Assembly: GCA_905178155.1 (NCBI GenBank)
Contig: CAJINV010000005.1
Coordinates: 5,002,256 to 5,066,255 of the forward strand
Length of the DNA: 64,000 bases
DNA from: Amoebophrya sp. A120
Taxonomy: Eukaryota > Protista > Dinoflagellata
Reading direction: 5' to 3'
Shown: positions 27,201 through 42,200 of the stretch, in pieces
How the letters are laid out: each line of letters starts with the position of its first letter
Numbering within the stretch: position 1 is the stretch's first letter
Position numbers and translations under genes: made by a program
Notes under the pieces: generated by a model
What the model was told of the DNA's origin: nothing
Database searches by the model: none
The model's input: the letters and a program-made list of their open reading frames with translations, nothing else

Positions 27201-30200
27201 GACACATCTGTCATGCAAGTACGAGCTATGTCCGATACTTTTGCAATGCATAGCCTTCCGGTTCGCGGTCCGTCATTTCCATCCCGACAACCGATCCTAG
27301 CTTGTTCGCAGCCTTATCCACCGGAAAGTCGATGAACGAGCAATTCATGGACATGTTGGTCTCGAAAATTGGTACTGCAGCGACCGCCTCGGCTTCCAAT
27401 TCCCTCTTTACCGCTGCTTGTCCAACAGAAGCGTTGGAGCAAAGATTGTTAACCAGCTCGATCGAACTGGAAATTGACGCGAGTAAAACGACTTCCAGGT
27501 CGGAACTCGCGAAGTTCGTCCGGATTGCGCTGTCTTCCGCGCTGTCGGATCCGAATGTGGTTCAGAACAACGCACAGTTAAGGACTATGTTCGAATCGAG
27601 CAACGACGTGACGGTGCAGATCTACGGAGAGGCTGTACCTCAAACCGGGTCGAAGACGATCAAGGTGGAAGTTAGATTCACGGTCCCGTTCTTAGTGGGT
27701 AACACGAAATTATCGGAACTTCCAGTAACCGCGGACGTTGTCGCTGCGGCGGTTGAGGTCCTAGAAGGTGGCGGAGCGGGTGCTGCGAGTAGTGCCGCTG
27801 CCACTGCGGATTACAAGAAAGCTGTGGCGTCGATGACGACGATGAAACAGCTTTTAGATAAGCAATCCACTCTGTTTAGCCAGCAACTCCCGATGCGCCT
27901 CGAATCCCTTGGGGTGGATTTCCCCGCAAACCCGGATCCGCTCTTCGTCCCGGTTGCGGGTGTTTCGGAAACGGTGGAGCTCGCTCCGCTGACTTCGATG
28001 AACGCAGCTTCTGGGGTTGCGGCGAGCGGCGCGGGAAGTGCTGCTCAAGACGCTGCAGGTAGCGCCTCTACAACCTCTTCTGGCGGTCTCGCGACCAAGA
28101 AAACCTTTATCCGATCGAAGATCGAGTTGCAGTTAGAGATGCTGCCGACGATCTTGACCGATTTGGAGTTCAAGCAGATGGTCCAAACCGCTTTGAAAAA
28201 AGCGTTATCCAAAGAAATTACCACCGCGAAACAGGAGCAAGCAAAGGAACTCGTCGCCGAAGCAGCTTCTTCTGGGTCCAAGATGACAACCAGTGAATTA
28301 ACATCCGTTGTTTCCTCGCTCTACACAGAAGACGCGACTGCGAAGCGGGAAACACATTCTGACACGACCTCGGTTAATCAAATCGGGACTGTTGGGTCTG
28401 ATTTGGTAGTGTCGGTAATCTTCGATCCGAAGAAGTCCGGGTTCGCGCGGGATTTCTCCGTGGTCGTGCAAGTTACCGAGCCGGATTTTGAAGGTGCGAC
28501 GAAGCAGGATAGCGAGATCGTCATGAAGATGTTGTCGAAGAACCCGTCTAGGGCGAGCAACTCCGATATGAAAAGAAAAAAACCCCCCTCCCCATATCGA
28601 AAACGAAATTTGTGACGCTGTATTTGAGTACACAAATCGACTTGTAATGCTAGAAGGCCAGGAGCCGCAGTTGTGGCCTCGTTTGCAGGCAGTTTGTCAT
28701 GCTGTTTCCCACTTCCAGCTGCCTCCTGTCATGCTCAAGATGCAAGGCAGTTTCCCATGCCAACCAGCACTACAGTCCGCATCTTTTCCCTTCTAGCATG
28801 ACAAAGCTGCTTTGTGACCACAAATCTGCATCACAGATTTCCGGTTTGATATGGGGAGGGGGGATTTTTCTTCTTGATATCCGAGGCGAATCTGTTCGCG
28901 GAGAATTTTGCGGATGAAATCGACAAGGAGTATGTGGAAAAAGTGAAGGAAAAAACTGGACTCACCCCACTACCAGGTCAGGACAAGATCATGAGCCAGG
29001 ATTTATCCAAATCGCCCGTCTCCCAAAAAGCCCCGGCGCAATTAGCCCCTTCCGTCGCATCGAAGGGATCGTTCGATCTCGGGTCTAGTATCTCCATCAC
29101 GGCGACAAATGTCAACGCTGTGGTGAGTTTGATCCAAAACGCGGTGGTCATCGCGTTGAGGAATGCGGTTGGGGCCGAACTCGAGGCGGATCAAGTCGCG
29201 GTGAACTTGGAGCCAGGATCGGTTTTGCTGTTGAAAGCGCCGGTGTTCACGTTCGAAGTGCCAGTTCTTGCGAAGGAGGTGGTTTACTATTTAACCACCG
29301 ATTCTGTCGCGACTTTTGGCACTTTCATGGACGACGCTTTGTTGACTCTCGCGACGGAGGCCGTGTTCGAAGCAGACAAGATTTCTAGTGGTACTATGCA
29401 ATACAAATTTCCCGTACATGTACAAAATGCATCACAAATATCACCGCCTGAGAAGAAGCAACTTGTCATGCTGAAGAGGTTTGAAGGAAAAGCTTCTCAT
29501 GCGGAAGCCACATTTGTACGCGTATGTGAATTTATTTCCTGTGGATAGGTACCGCCCCCTCGATGGCGACTGATCCGACGAAGACGACCTTGCTAGAGCA
29601 GATCAAAAGCTTAAGTGCCACTGCGGACGGGAAGTTGCTCACCCTGCTGAAGGACATTGCGGTGAAGAAGAATTTAGCGAAAACCCCAGCGGAGCTGGCA
29701 GCTTTTTCGAAACCAGCGGATGGGTCTGGCGTGTTCAAAACGAAGGCGGCGAAGAAGGACACGAAGTCAGCGGCGACGACTGCGAATACGGAGGTTTCCC
29801 CAGTGACCCAATACGTCGGCTTCGAACTGCAGTTGGCACAAAGAGAGTCGAACGTACCGTTAACCGGTAAGACATTAGAGGAGTTTGTCAGGAAGTCCAC
29901 TCTTGCTTCATTGAAAAAACTAATCTCCGTCCCCGCCACCCCCCTCGGCAACACCTTCTCCGCTCCTAGTAAAGAGGTGATCGAGAACTTGAGGGAGTCG
30001 GATATCGTCGTGTCCGTCATTTCCGCGAAGGGGAAGAGTGCCGCTGCTGGGGCATCTGCAACAGAAGTTCCGTTCGTGCTGGATTCGAATCCGGTGCCGA
30101 CGACCACGACGACGACGACAACTGTGAGTACCGCAAGTGGACAACAGCAGACAACTACGGTAACCGCGACCACAACTTCGAAGATCACGGAGTTCGTCAC

Positions 30201-33200
30201 CGTGCAAATCCCGTTTACCGGTTTTTCCACTGGCGTTCCTCAGGATTTGATGACGGTTATGACGGAAAATTCCGGGAAAACGATCGCAAAGCAGGTGGAA
30301 GTGAGACTGAAGCAGGATTACAATATCGAATTTGAGGAAGAAGCGGAAATCCCGGCGGAGAAGTTACCGGCGAAGGGCTTGCCCGCTACTCCGGCCGCGG
30401 AACCGTCGCTCGGCGGCGGGCTGGTGTTCCTCGAGAGCTCCATGCAGTTAACCGTGGAGAATTCTTTGATTAACGTGCAAGCCGCGGATTCAATAACCCC
30501 TTTAACGCCAAAACAACTCCAAGACAACCGCGCGAACCGGGATTTGGTGGAATCCGCTTTACCGACGATGCTGCGGGAGGGAATTCTTACCGGTCTCCAG
30601 GATACAATCGGGTCGACGAGTGAGCCAGATCCGCTTTCCGTGTCGTTAGGTGGGTCGGAACTGACGAAATCCCAAATCGCAATCACGATCTCCCCACCAG
30701 CGGAGCCGCCGCAGAAGGAGGAGAAACGGGAGATCAAGATCGTGATCCACGGCGCCTTCCCCCCGGCAGTTTCCGGTAAAATCCAGAATGCTCTAACCGT
30801 GAAGGATGCATCAAAAGCTACAACCGGGGAGGCAACTAGTGGTTTGGAAGCAGTTTCTGCTGTTGTGCCTGAAGTAGATACTTCCAACGGTGCTGATGCC
30901 GGATCCAGGTTCCGAACTTTGCTCCTAAAATCCGTTGACACGCAAGTGAAGAAGGCGAAGGAGTTTGTGGATAAAGTTTCTGCTACTGGCTACACGGCAA
31001 CACCCGCGGAAGCGGAATTGAAGACAAAACTAGCCCCCCTCGTTCAACTCACAACCCCCGCAATTGCAACCAAGGGGACAGCGAAGCCGGTGTCCACGAC
31101 CAGGACCTCGCTCAAATTCGAGTTCGACTTCTCTTCCGATAGTTCCTCAGCTATAATTTCGCAAGAACAGCAGAACCAGGAGGCGCAGCGAATCTTACTC
31201 GAGGCGAAGTCCGAGGGAAAGATCGTGATGGAGGCGTTGGTGCAAGCTGCTGTGGCGAAATCACTGAAGAAAACCGCCGGTCTGGAAATCACGGGGAGTC
31301 ACATTGCGGTGACATTGGATAAGTCGAAATCTTCTTCGGACCCAACGAAGGGTATCCTGAGTAAAAACGTCCCCACACCAGAGTCAAGATGGTAAATCTG
31401 CTAGAGAAATCAACCAGCTTTGGTTGTTTGGCATGACAAGTTTGTCCCTGAAGTGTAGTCCTGTCTTAGGTAGGTCAGCAGCATTACAGACCTAGCATAG
31501 CATTCTGATTCTAGCATCACAAAGTCCAAAACACGACTAGACAATGCTTCTCATGGTGCTCCGCATGAGAAACTTATTTGGCATGCAGAATTGCGTGACA
31601 GCTCTGGGGTCGGGATGTTGTTACACGGGATAAAGGGCGCGATGGAGTTCATTGTCGACGTGCCGTATTCCACTACCGCGGTCACGAAAATGTTGAGCAA
31701 CAGCGGCGGCTACCGGAAGAAGCAGTTTTTCGACGATTTTTCTCAATCGTTGACTAATGAGATTTCCACGAACTTGAACAGTGGAATCGGCTCCGCAAAC
31801 CCGAACAACACGGACCCGGTGACCGGTGCGGTGTTGTTCACGCCTTTGACAGTGGACGACGTTTTGGCGACTTCTGCAGCCTCCAGGAAATCCTACAGTT
31901 CCACTGGATCCGGCGAGCCGATTGTGAACAGCAAAGCGGCTTTAAACTTCAAACTGAAGGAAAACACCGCGGGGATGACGACGGAATCCGCAAAAGCGAC
32001 GAAGATGGCGACCACGTCTTTGAAGTTCAAGATGATCGCGGATCCGAGTGGAGCCAAAGGGAAGATCCCGGACACCGACACCATCATCGCTTTGTCCCGC
32101 GCAGCGGTCGCTTCGTCTATTCTGAAACAGCTCGGTATCACCATCGCACCGTCGCAAATCCAGGCGAAAATCCCGACGAATCTGCTGAATATGGACCCAG
32201 CAGTCACGACCGATGTGGAAGTTTCGCTTTCTGTCGTTCTACCGGCGACGAGATACAGTGCTGCAGAGCAGGATAAGGTCTTAACAGCCTTCTCTTCCTC
32301 CTCCACCGTCAACGCGGACACAATTACTGACGCCAACGGAGCTGTTGTCGTGTCTGAAACCCAGGCCCAGAAGTTCGCGAAGAACTTTTTCACGGAGATG
32401 AAAAACTACGGTGTAAAGAACTTCGAGGACCCGGACCCAAATAACCCGTCTGCCACCCCAGCTGTCTCTGTCCAAACTGCGACCGCGGAGGAATCCGCTG
32501 CGGAGCCGGTCACCGACGCGGAAAAGCTCATTCCGGAAGAAAAGGTGCCGGGCAACGTCGCGTTCTTCGAAACGACGTTTTCCATCGTCACCGCCGATGC
32601 GACTACCTACACGCAAACCGCCTTGGAGCAGATGCTGCGCCCGGCGATTGCGAATGCGACGACGAAAACGCTTTTTACCGACACAATCACCGGAGCCGTG
32701 ACGAAAACCGTGAAGCCGGAGGAAGTAGCATTGTCCTTCCTGTACAATTCCCCGGTGATTTCCGGGTCATCAGCCCAGGCCAGGAACTTCCAGGTGACAC
32801 TGCAGATCACCGATGTTGATACGAAGAAAACCGGAGAGATTCTTGGTACGATGTCGGCGGGTAGGAAAGAGATCTTCAATGAGATGGTTTCCGCTTTACC
32901 GGAGGATATCCAGAACAAGGGAGTTTCTGGAACGCCGGCTGCTGGCTCTGTTGAGGAGAAACTGCTAAATCTAGATTTGATGCAGTTCACCAACCCGAAG
33001 GCGCACTACGCCTCGCAAACCCAAGCGACGCTGGAGTTGACGACAGTAGACACTTCGGCAACTTCTATGACGGACGAGATCAAAGCTTCTCTAGCGGAGG
33101 CGGTGAAGGAGGCGCTGAAAGATACCGGTGGCCCGGCATTGCAGAAGGAGCACATCTACACCCACGTGGTTACTTCAACTTCCACCGGGAAACATTTGAT

Positions 33201-36200
33201 CGAATTTTCCTTCCCGGGGGTTTCGAAGACGGGGGTTACACCTTTGGTTTCGAATTCTGGGGGTAGTAGCAATGACATTTTCACAACTATTCTCAAGGGG
33301 AAAGTCAACCAATTGGTGAAAACCGCGACTGGTTCGACGGATGACGTGATTTCCGGCGTCGTTTCTCCAACTAACGCGGAGGAAAGAAGCTACTTAGAAT
33401 CCGCCATCACCATCGAGCAATCCGCTGCTGGTACTGGCGCTTCTACCGTCGACCAAGCCGCGTTGATTCCCTTGCTGAAAAAATCCGTGGCTTCGGCGGT
33501 AAATGAAGCGATTTCCGACCCAAGTCAACCGCCAATCCGCGCCGCCAACGTGACAATCACGTTTCCAGAATCCTCTACCGATACGAAGAAAGCGGTGATT
33601 GTGATTCCGATTGTCGCCGGGCCGGATTTCAACCAGGAGCAGGTGACGAAGTTGAGCACGAAGGTTCTGGAAACGTTGGATCCGCAGTCTTCTACCTTTG
33701 GGGCATTATTGCCCTTGAGGTTGGACCATTTAGGCGTCGCTTTAAAAGGTTCGGAGGACGATAACTCTTCTGGCCCGCCGCCGCCGAAAGTCACGGAAGA
33801 GCCGGTGGCGAGTGAATCTGCTTTGACGGAATCTCCGTTGAAATCGAAGACGACTTTCGTCAAATCTGTTGTGAAATTTACAACCGCTGGGGTCTCGGTG
33901 TTACCAAACGCAGCGGACGTGACAAAAGAATCTTCATCCGAGAAGGTGTTTCGGAAACTGGTGCAAAATTCTGTCGCGAAAGCAGTGTCCGCCACCCCCG
34001 CGGTTCAAGCCGCGAGCGGAAAGCCGTTGAACACGGTGACGGCGAATGACGTGGCGGTCGTGATTACAAGCGATCACCTATCCTGAGTAAAAACGTCCCC
34101 ACCCCATGGTTGTCATGCAGATTTGCAGTCACAGGAAGATTTGTAATGCGCATCCCCATGAGAGGCCTTTCCATTCGTTTTTTGGACTTTGTAATGCTGT
34201 AAACAGGATGAGTAGATGCATTTGTGTTGCGGCTGTACTTGCTAAACTGCGCTACAATACAGAGACGAACTTGTCATGCTTGACTCCCAAAACTTCTCGA
34301 TTTGTGTTGCGCGATCCCCATCTTGACTCTGGGGTGGGGACGTTTTTGCCCAGGATATCACCCCGGCTCCGCGACGAAAAAAGCGTTGGTCACGATCAAA
34401 CTAGCGGAACGGGAGACGCAGTCGCTTATCACAAGAAAAAACTGTTTCACTGTGAACTTGTGATGCAGAAAGTGCATCACTGAAGTGTTTGTATTGCTAC
34501 ACATGCGAGACAAATGATTTTTAGCGGTGTTTTCCCTTAGGATCCTTGCATGGCAAGTTTTCTTTGTGATGTGTAGCGAACTTGTAATGCAAAACTTGCA
34601 AAATCCTTACAGTGAAACAGTTTTTTCTTACGATATCGCTGTTATCTTCTACAATCATGGCGGCCATGAGTTCCAACGGTGGGGCCGACAAAAACGCGGT
34701 GTTTGTCAATGAGTTCAAGAAGGAGCTGACGAAGGAAATTATCGAGAAGGTCGCAACCAAGGAATTAAAAGCGCAAAGCCAGAAGAAGTTCGACGGTACC
34801 ACTGGTAAAGTAATCGAAAACAGCAAGGAGACTCTCACAGTCGACGTTTCCGGGGTGAAATCTATCGGTTCCTCTCAACCAGCAAGTACCTTCCGCGGGA
34901 AGATGGACTTTTCTCTCCCAGAAAAATCGTCCGCGACTGCCACAACGGATTGGCAGAATTTGATTTTAGACTCCGTTACGAACCAACCAACAGTTGCCGG
35001 GGAGGAAAAACTCGCGAAGATTGTCCAGAAGGGGATTGCGAACGGGTTAAGCGAGGCAACCGGGATGGAAATTGCGCACGAGCAGGTGTCGGTTTTGTTC
35101 TCTCCGGGTAGCATTTCGTTGTACGCGCCGTCGGTGACATATGACATTCCGGTGACGATTATGCAATGTAAATTTCCTGTACATGTACAAAATGCATGAC
35201 AAATTTCGCTAACTTGCAGTGTCCAACTTGTCATGCTAGACTAGGACTGAAGGCAAGTTTTGTCATGCAGAGATTGCATTTGTACGTAACGTGTACGGTA
35301 CATTTACTGTGGATAACGATTCCGAAGGCGCAGTGGTTTTTGAAGGATTCGATTGACAGCTTTACCCCCTACTTGACGAAGAACATGCAGAATGCTGTGG
35401 AAGAAGATCTGAGTGAAATCGACGTTACCACGCAAAACGCCGATGGCACATCCACTACGACGAAAGTCGCGATTTCCAACAAACCGGACATGACAAACCC
35501 AAGCACCAGCAACTTGAAGACGTTTAAGGCCGCGCAGAAGTCCGCTCTGTCGTTCGCTCTGGAACTAGAACTCAAAGACGGAACTTCGTCCTGGCTCCCG
35601 TCTAGCGATGGTATGTTAACCCTCTGGATCCAAGCAGCAACAAAAACCGCGGTTGGGGCAGATCTCGGGTTGACGAAACCAACAGCCAGCAACGGCGCGA
35701 CCATCCCGGATGCGCCGGAAGTGAAGAATTCGGAGATTCAGATCGCGTATTTAGGGAAGGGGTTGTCGGAAACCCAAGCGGCGCAGTCTGATCCGAACGC
35801 GAAATTGGAAAAGGCGAAATTAGCTGTTTTGATAACCGTTCCGATCTCCGAAGAGCAGACGTATGATAAGAAATTCTCCCAAGTCGCGGCTTCGTTTGCG
35901 GCTAATAATGCTGCGGACATTGTTTCGAAAGTGAAGCAATCGCTTGTTTCAACTTACAATTTGGAATTCGAATCCAAAACGGATGCTGGTGGGAATGTCG
36001 TCGCGGGGGAACCGAAACTATTGCCAGTGATTCCCCAGTCTGATGACCCGGCGTATTTGGATTTGGTCACGACGACGGACAGTTCGAGTAAAACGGAAGA
36101 CAATTTGCCGGTGAAAAAATTGTTAGCCGGGATTTCCTCCGCTCTGGATTCTTCTTCCACAGTGTCCATGAAGTCCATGACGAAGCGAGGTAGTAGCTTT

Positions 36201-39200
36201 ATCGAGTCTGGGTCGATCGAAATCAATTTGAACCAGCAGCCGGCGAAGAATTTAACCACCGATGCGGTTCTCCCCGGTCGAGTCGCTGTCGGGCCGGATG
36301 ATAAAGAGTACTTATCATCTTCCCAAATCCTCTCCGATGCGCAGGTGACCCGGATTTTCAAGCGGACCGTGACGGAGGCGCTGAAACTCACTCTGTACAA
36401 AGAGGTGATAACCAAAGCAGAAGAAAATAACGAGAAGGTGGACCCTACCGCGGTGTTCGCAGGATCTAGTTCTGGTACAATCACCGAAGACCAAATCGCG
36501 ATCACTTGCTCTCCGGGCCGAGGTGGGGCGACGGAGAAAAGGGAGTTCAAGGTATTAGTTTCTTCGAAGTTATCCGCGGAGGTGAACACGATTGTTACCA
36601 ACGCTTTGACGAAAACGACGGCTACTGCGGCGACGAACACTGTGTTTAAAGAGAAGTTGGAAGAGCAGTTGACGTTAGTGGCGGAAGCGGCGAAATCCAT
36701 CAACGCTTTTGTCCCTGCGGCCAAAGCTGTTGGAAGCACATTAGATGCGGACGGAATTTCGTTGAACAACGTGGTGGATGAAACCAATTCTGCTGCCGCT
36801 GCGTTCGTGAAGGAAATCTTCGGGACTGGTGAGGGGAGTACGAAATCCTTCGCTTTTTCCTCCACTACCTTCGAGGACAACAAACCCGCAAAGCAAATGT
36901 CCGCGACAGTGTCAGAGATGAAACTCGCGAAAGTTGCGGTGGATTCGGCGGTGACAACAGTGGATGATTCCAACGGAAATACCGTGACGAAGCAGACCGG
37001 GCAACAGTCCTTCACGCCAGAACAGTACTCGGCTGCGGTGCAGAAGGCGGTTGCGGCCTCTCTCAAAGACGCAGCTGGCTTCGACCTCCAACCGGAGCAT
37101 GTGGTTGTGGACTTGTTGACCGATGTGTTTGCCGATTCGGAGGCAACGGGGGATAGTACTGAAGAAACCGGCATCGCGATTTCCGTCCCGTTCGCCACGA
37201 CCCAAGTGCAGCAGATGTTATCGAACAAACCCACTCCTGCCAGGGAAGCGTTCCTGAAAGTATCAAATGTAAAAATGTCTGGGTCTGGAAGAATGCATGT
37301 TTGTCATGCTTGTCTGGCATGACTCTTAAATCTGTCAAGCACGTTACCCAAGAGCTCCATTTTTCTGTGATGCAGAAGCGCAGTTTGTCATGCGGAATTG
37401 GCAACACCTAGAAGCTCAGAAACTTGTCATGCTGAGCCAGCACTTGTGGCCTCATCATGAGACGCCACACAGCATCACAAGTTTCCAGACCCAGACATTT
37501 TTACACTTGATAGAAAGCCGTGAAGAACAACTTGAACACAGTGCTTTCTACTCGCTTGTTATGCAAGAAAAAAACTGTGTAAGTGTAAATCTGTGATGCA
37601 GAAAATGCAAAACTGTTACATTTGTCATGCTTGACATGCATGAGCGGCTCCCTTCCTAGGTGTTTTCCCTTCCTATCTGCGCATGGCAAGTTTTTCCTGT
37701 CATGGCAGACAAACTTGTGATGCAGTTTTCCCAAAAGAGTTACACTAACACAGTTTTTTTCTTGGATACTTGTCTGGCGGCAAAGCGGTGCCGGAAACAG
37801 CACAAGGGCTTGCAGATGAATCCGCGTTGTTCAAGTTAGAAACAAGTGAAGTGGAAGTGGCGAAAACGGTGGAATCTACCGTCTCCGTCGAGTTGCCGAA
37901 GGCTTATGCAAGAAAAAAACTGTGTAACTTTGTAATGCAGAACATGCAACAGAGTTACGTCTGTCATGCCAGACAACCATGAAGTCCTGTTTTCATGTGT
38001 GTTTTCCCTTACAAGCCACGCATGACAGGTTTTCGCTGTCATGTAGAGCAAATTTGTCATGCTGTCAGCCAAGGAAAGAGAAAGTTACACTAACGCAGCT
38101 TTTTTCTTGGATAAGGCTTTGACCGTGAGTTCCACTGCGGCGGATGGGACGGTTACGACCTCCCAGGAGAACATTGTCATGACGGTGAAGGCGATTGAAG
38201 CGCTGGTGCAGGATTCTACTGCGAAATCCATCGCGAAGAATCTGCTCGCTTCTGCTGGTATTACTTCTCCCACCGCGGAACAGATAGCGGAGAAAATGCC
38301 GGCGTCGGATGTGCAGGTTAAACTGGTTTTAACCGCAGCGGACGGGTCGTCGATTCTGACCACTTCTGATCAGGTTTCGAGCAATTTGGAGGACGCGTAC
38401 AAGCCGGGGTTTGAAGTCGTAAATCTCGATCCAGCAAAAATGCCACTGCAGTTTGTCGTGTCTGTCCCGACTAGCTCGAAGAAACTGACAACTTCCGAGA
38501 TGGATAAGATCACGAAATCTTTGTCCAAAACCGACACCACCGGGGAAAACTTGAAATTTCAAACTGAATTCCAGAAATCGCTGCAGCCATTAGTCACCGG
38601 CGAGGACCCAAAACTTATCGATCAAGCAACCCCTCTGATCACCCCGAAAGTGGAGCAGGACACGCCGGTGGCTTCGCCTGCAAGCGGGCCGAAAACGGAT
38701 TTGAGCAAATTGGAAATTGTGCCTGGCGGAGTGACGTTCGTGGAGTCGACGATTTCGTTCGAAACAGCAACCCCCGGGCAGTACACGGCGGACGACATTA
38801 TCGCGAGTCTGAAGCCGCTGTTCGTACAAGGGACGAATAAAAGGCTGAAATCCTACGCAGAGGATCAGATCGCGGCTGCTACCGTTGTGGACACGGCGTT
38901 GTTGAAAGGTGAAGAGAAACCCGACGAGGAGAATTTTCTCAAATCCGAGGACGTCGCTTTCACGTACCTGTACAACACCCCAACCAGCTCTGATCCATCT
39001 GTCACATCCGTCGACCGGCATTTCCGGATCACCATGCAGTTAAAATCCGCCACGACCGCGACAATCGGCCGGGCCATGGCTTTGGTTTCTCCGGACAGAA
39101 CCGCAGTTGCCGGGAAGAAGGAAATTTTGGAAATGATGAAGGATTTGGCGGAAGCTGGGACGGACCAAGCGGTGAAGGATAAGGTTTTACCCATGATCAA

Positions 39201-42200
39201 TTCCGGGAAAGTGAAATCCAAACCATCCCAGCCCGCGCAAACCCAGGGGAAAATCAAACTGGAATTCTCCAACGCGAACTCAGCGACTGTGCCGACTGAT
39301 TTAGCGACCGTGAAGATTTTTGATTCTACGAAGATCCCGGTGAAAAAAGCGATCGCTGTTGCTTTGAAGAATTCTGGCGCAGCTAGCGTCAAAGAGGAGC
39401 AGATCTTCTTCGACGTCTATTCTGTCGTTGCCGGTGGGGACAGCACGAAACAAGAAATCGTCTTGAACGTCGCGGTTCCCGCTGTCGGCCCGGAGGTCGC
39501 GAAAGTTTTGTCCGTGTCGACGGATCAGGTGACTGTGGATGACTCCATCGCGAGCAACCCGGAGGAAGTGGAAAAGGAGTTGCTGAAAAGAATCGACTCC
39601 GCGCAGGGGGTGACGGATTCAAGTCGTTCTTTGGACTCTCAGATTTTCTCCAAGCTGTTGAAGGACACTTTGAATTCGGAATTACAAATAATCGCTACCT
39701 ATGAAACGCAAAAATGTCTGGGTCTGGAAACTTGTGATGCTAAAATGTTCATGATGAAAACACTTCCGACTGCAGTCCGGCATGACAACTTCCCAAAACG
39801 CTTTCTCATAGGCAATCCCAAAACGCTTTCCGCATGACAAAAGAGGCTGCGACTTTTGTTGGTTTTGCAATACAGATTTTCTAGGTATGGAAAGCTAGCA
39901 TTACAAGTTCCAACCTTCCAGACCCAGACATTTTTACAATCCATACTACCGCAGCGTCCGCAGCCAACCCCGAGTTCAATATCGCGAAGACCCAACCGGA
40001 GGGCAACGTGGTGGAGAGGAAATACTTGGAAACAACTTTGAAAATCGCTCAGAATGCACAGGGAACACAGTTAACCCAGGCGGATTTGTTGCCTATTATG
40101 CAAAACGCGATATCCTCTGCTTTGACCACCGCGGTGGCGGAATCTGATTTGGTTCAGAACACCGCAGCGGTGAAGGCTGTGCTCGAGAAGGAAAAATCTG
40201 GTGCGAGTTCTTTGTCCGCGTTTGACGAGAAGTTGAAATCGCTTCTGAGCTTTTCAAACAGCAACGTGACCGTTTCCTTCCCGAAATCAGCGGAGGACGT
40301 GAATGAGGTGAAAATTTCCGTCCCGATTGTTTCCGGTCCGGACGTGGACGTGAAATTGTCTGAAAACGTGCAAAAAGCGATGGAGAACGTGTTAGATCCG
40401 ACCTCGAAGGAATTCAAGGACTTACTCCCGTTGAGATTAGAGGTTTTGGGTGTGCAACTACCACCCCCAGACCCGTCGAATCCAACACAACCGGCGGCTT
40501 CGTCCTTTGTCGTGACGGAAAAAGCGGTGGAAACGCCGACGAAAGCGACGGTTTCGTCCCCAGTGAAAGCGGAGGTGGCGTTTGTCCAGGCGGAATTGAA
40601 GTTTGATTTGGATTTGGCGCAGTCTGCTGCTTCTTCCATCGAGACAACGGAGAAGTTGGAAGAAGCGGTGAAAAAGGCGATTGAGAAATCAATAAAATCC
40701 GTCGTCGAATCCGCAGTCGCGAAAGAGAAACAATCAGCGATCGCCGCGAAAGAGCCCGGTGCGGAGACGAAAACCATCCCTGGCGCGGATTTGGTTTTGG
40801 GGGATGCAGCTACTGGCTCAGGTAAGCCGAAAATCACTGCTGTGGTTTCCAAATCTTCCTTCGGGAAAACCGAGAAGAAGGTGTTCTTGACCATTCAGGT
40901 GGAAGAATCCCAAGTCGCGACGGAAAAGTCGGATGGAACGGCTTTGGTGCAGCAGTTATTCACAGCAAACGCCGAGCCGTTCAACACGGATTTGGTTCAA
41001 ACCTTCAAGGAAAAAATCCAAGAGGAGTCACAAGTTGTCGTCTCCACTCCAAAATCCGTTGGCTTCGCGAAACCAAGCAGTCAGATTCGCGGGGTTGCGA
41101 GCTTCGCTACGCCGAGTGGTACTGCTGCTTTGACCGCCACCCAAGTCGAGGAATTAGCCGCGAAGTCGATCGCTAAGGCTTTAACAACCGCAACGGGCAC
41201 GGTTTTGAACGAAAACCAGGTGAACATTTTAGTTTATCCAGGTACAGCGGAGTTGAAACAGCCAAAATTCAGCTACGACGTTCCGGTCACGGACAGCAAG
41301 GTCGAGTGGTTTGTCCAGGATGCGGCAACTTCCTTCGCCCCCTACGTGAAAACTGCGGTCGATGACGTTTTGGTGGAAGCGAGTTCTTCTTCCGATCCAA
41401 TCGTGAAAGCGAAATTCAACGGAATTACTGCGATTGAAGAGTCGTCGATTAAAACAGTGGAGCGGAAGGAGGTGGAAGCGGATTCGAGCAAATTAGTTTC
41501 TTCCAACTCCGAAGATGTTCTCGGGGAGAACGTTCTCGGTACGAAGATTCTTTCTTTGGTTTTGAATCTCCCGCTGAAATCTGACGGTGCCTCGTCCTGG
41601 CTGCCGGATAGTGATGACATGATGAAGACGTGGATGCAGGAATCGACCAGGTCCGCGATCAAGGCGGTCTTGGCTTCTAACTTCAATGAAGACTTGGTTA
41701 ACAGTGAGGACATCTCCGTCGCTCTTACGAAAAAACTGCCCAAGAAGAACGACCCGAACATCACGGCGGTTGTGGATCTACCAGTAATGGTCTCGATCCC
41801 GATCCAGAAACGGGCAGCAACTTCCGCCACAACCTTCACGGTATCCACAGTAAATTTCCTGTACACGTACAATGCAGTCGCTGGATGACAAAACTTGCCT
41901 TCAGTCCTAGTCTAGCATGACAAGTTGGACACTGCAAGTTAGCGAAATTTGTCATGCATTTTGTAAATGTGCGGGAGATTTGTATTGCATACACGGCGTC
42001 GCAAGTCTTCACTGCTTTGTCTGCTTCTGGTTCTGCTTCTCTCGTTATGACAGTGCACAACTCCCCCTTGCCCTCATTTGTCATGCAAAAATCCAAATCC
42101 AGTTGCTGCCTTGTGGCACTGTTTGCATGACAAATTTCGAAAGCCCAAACAGTACTGAGGAAGGTACATAAGTTTGTCATGCACAGGGTCCACCTGTGCT

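Noticed and set aside
35954-37234. Long minus-strand ORFs (also 57309-58259, 51816-52580, 23779-25305, 2579-3535)
   Set aside because: Antisense shadows of biased + strand coding sequence; some run across elements and none has recognisable motifs
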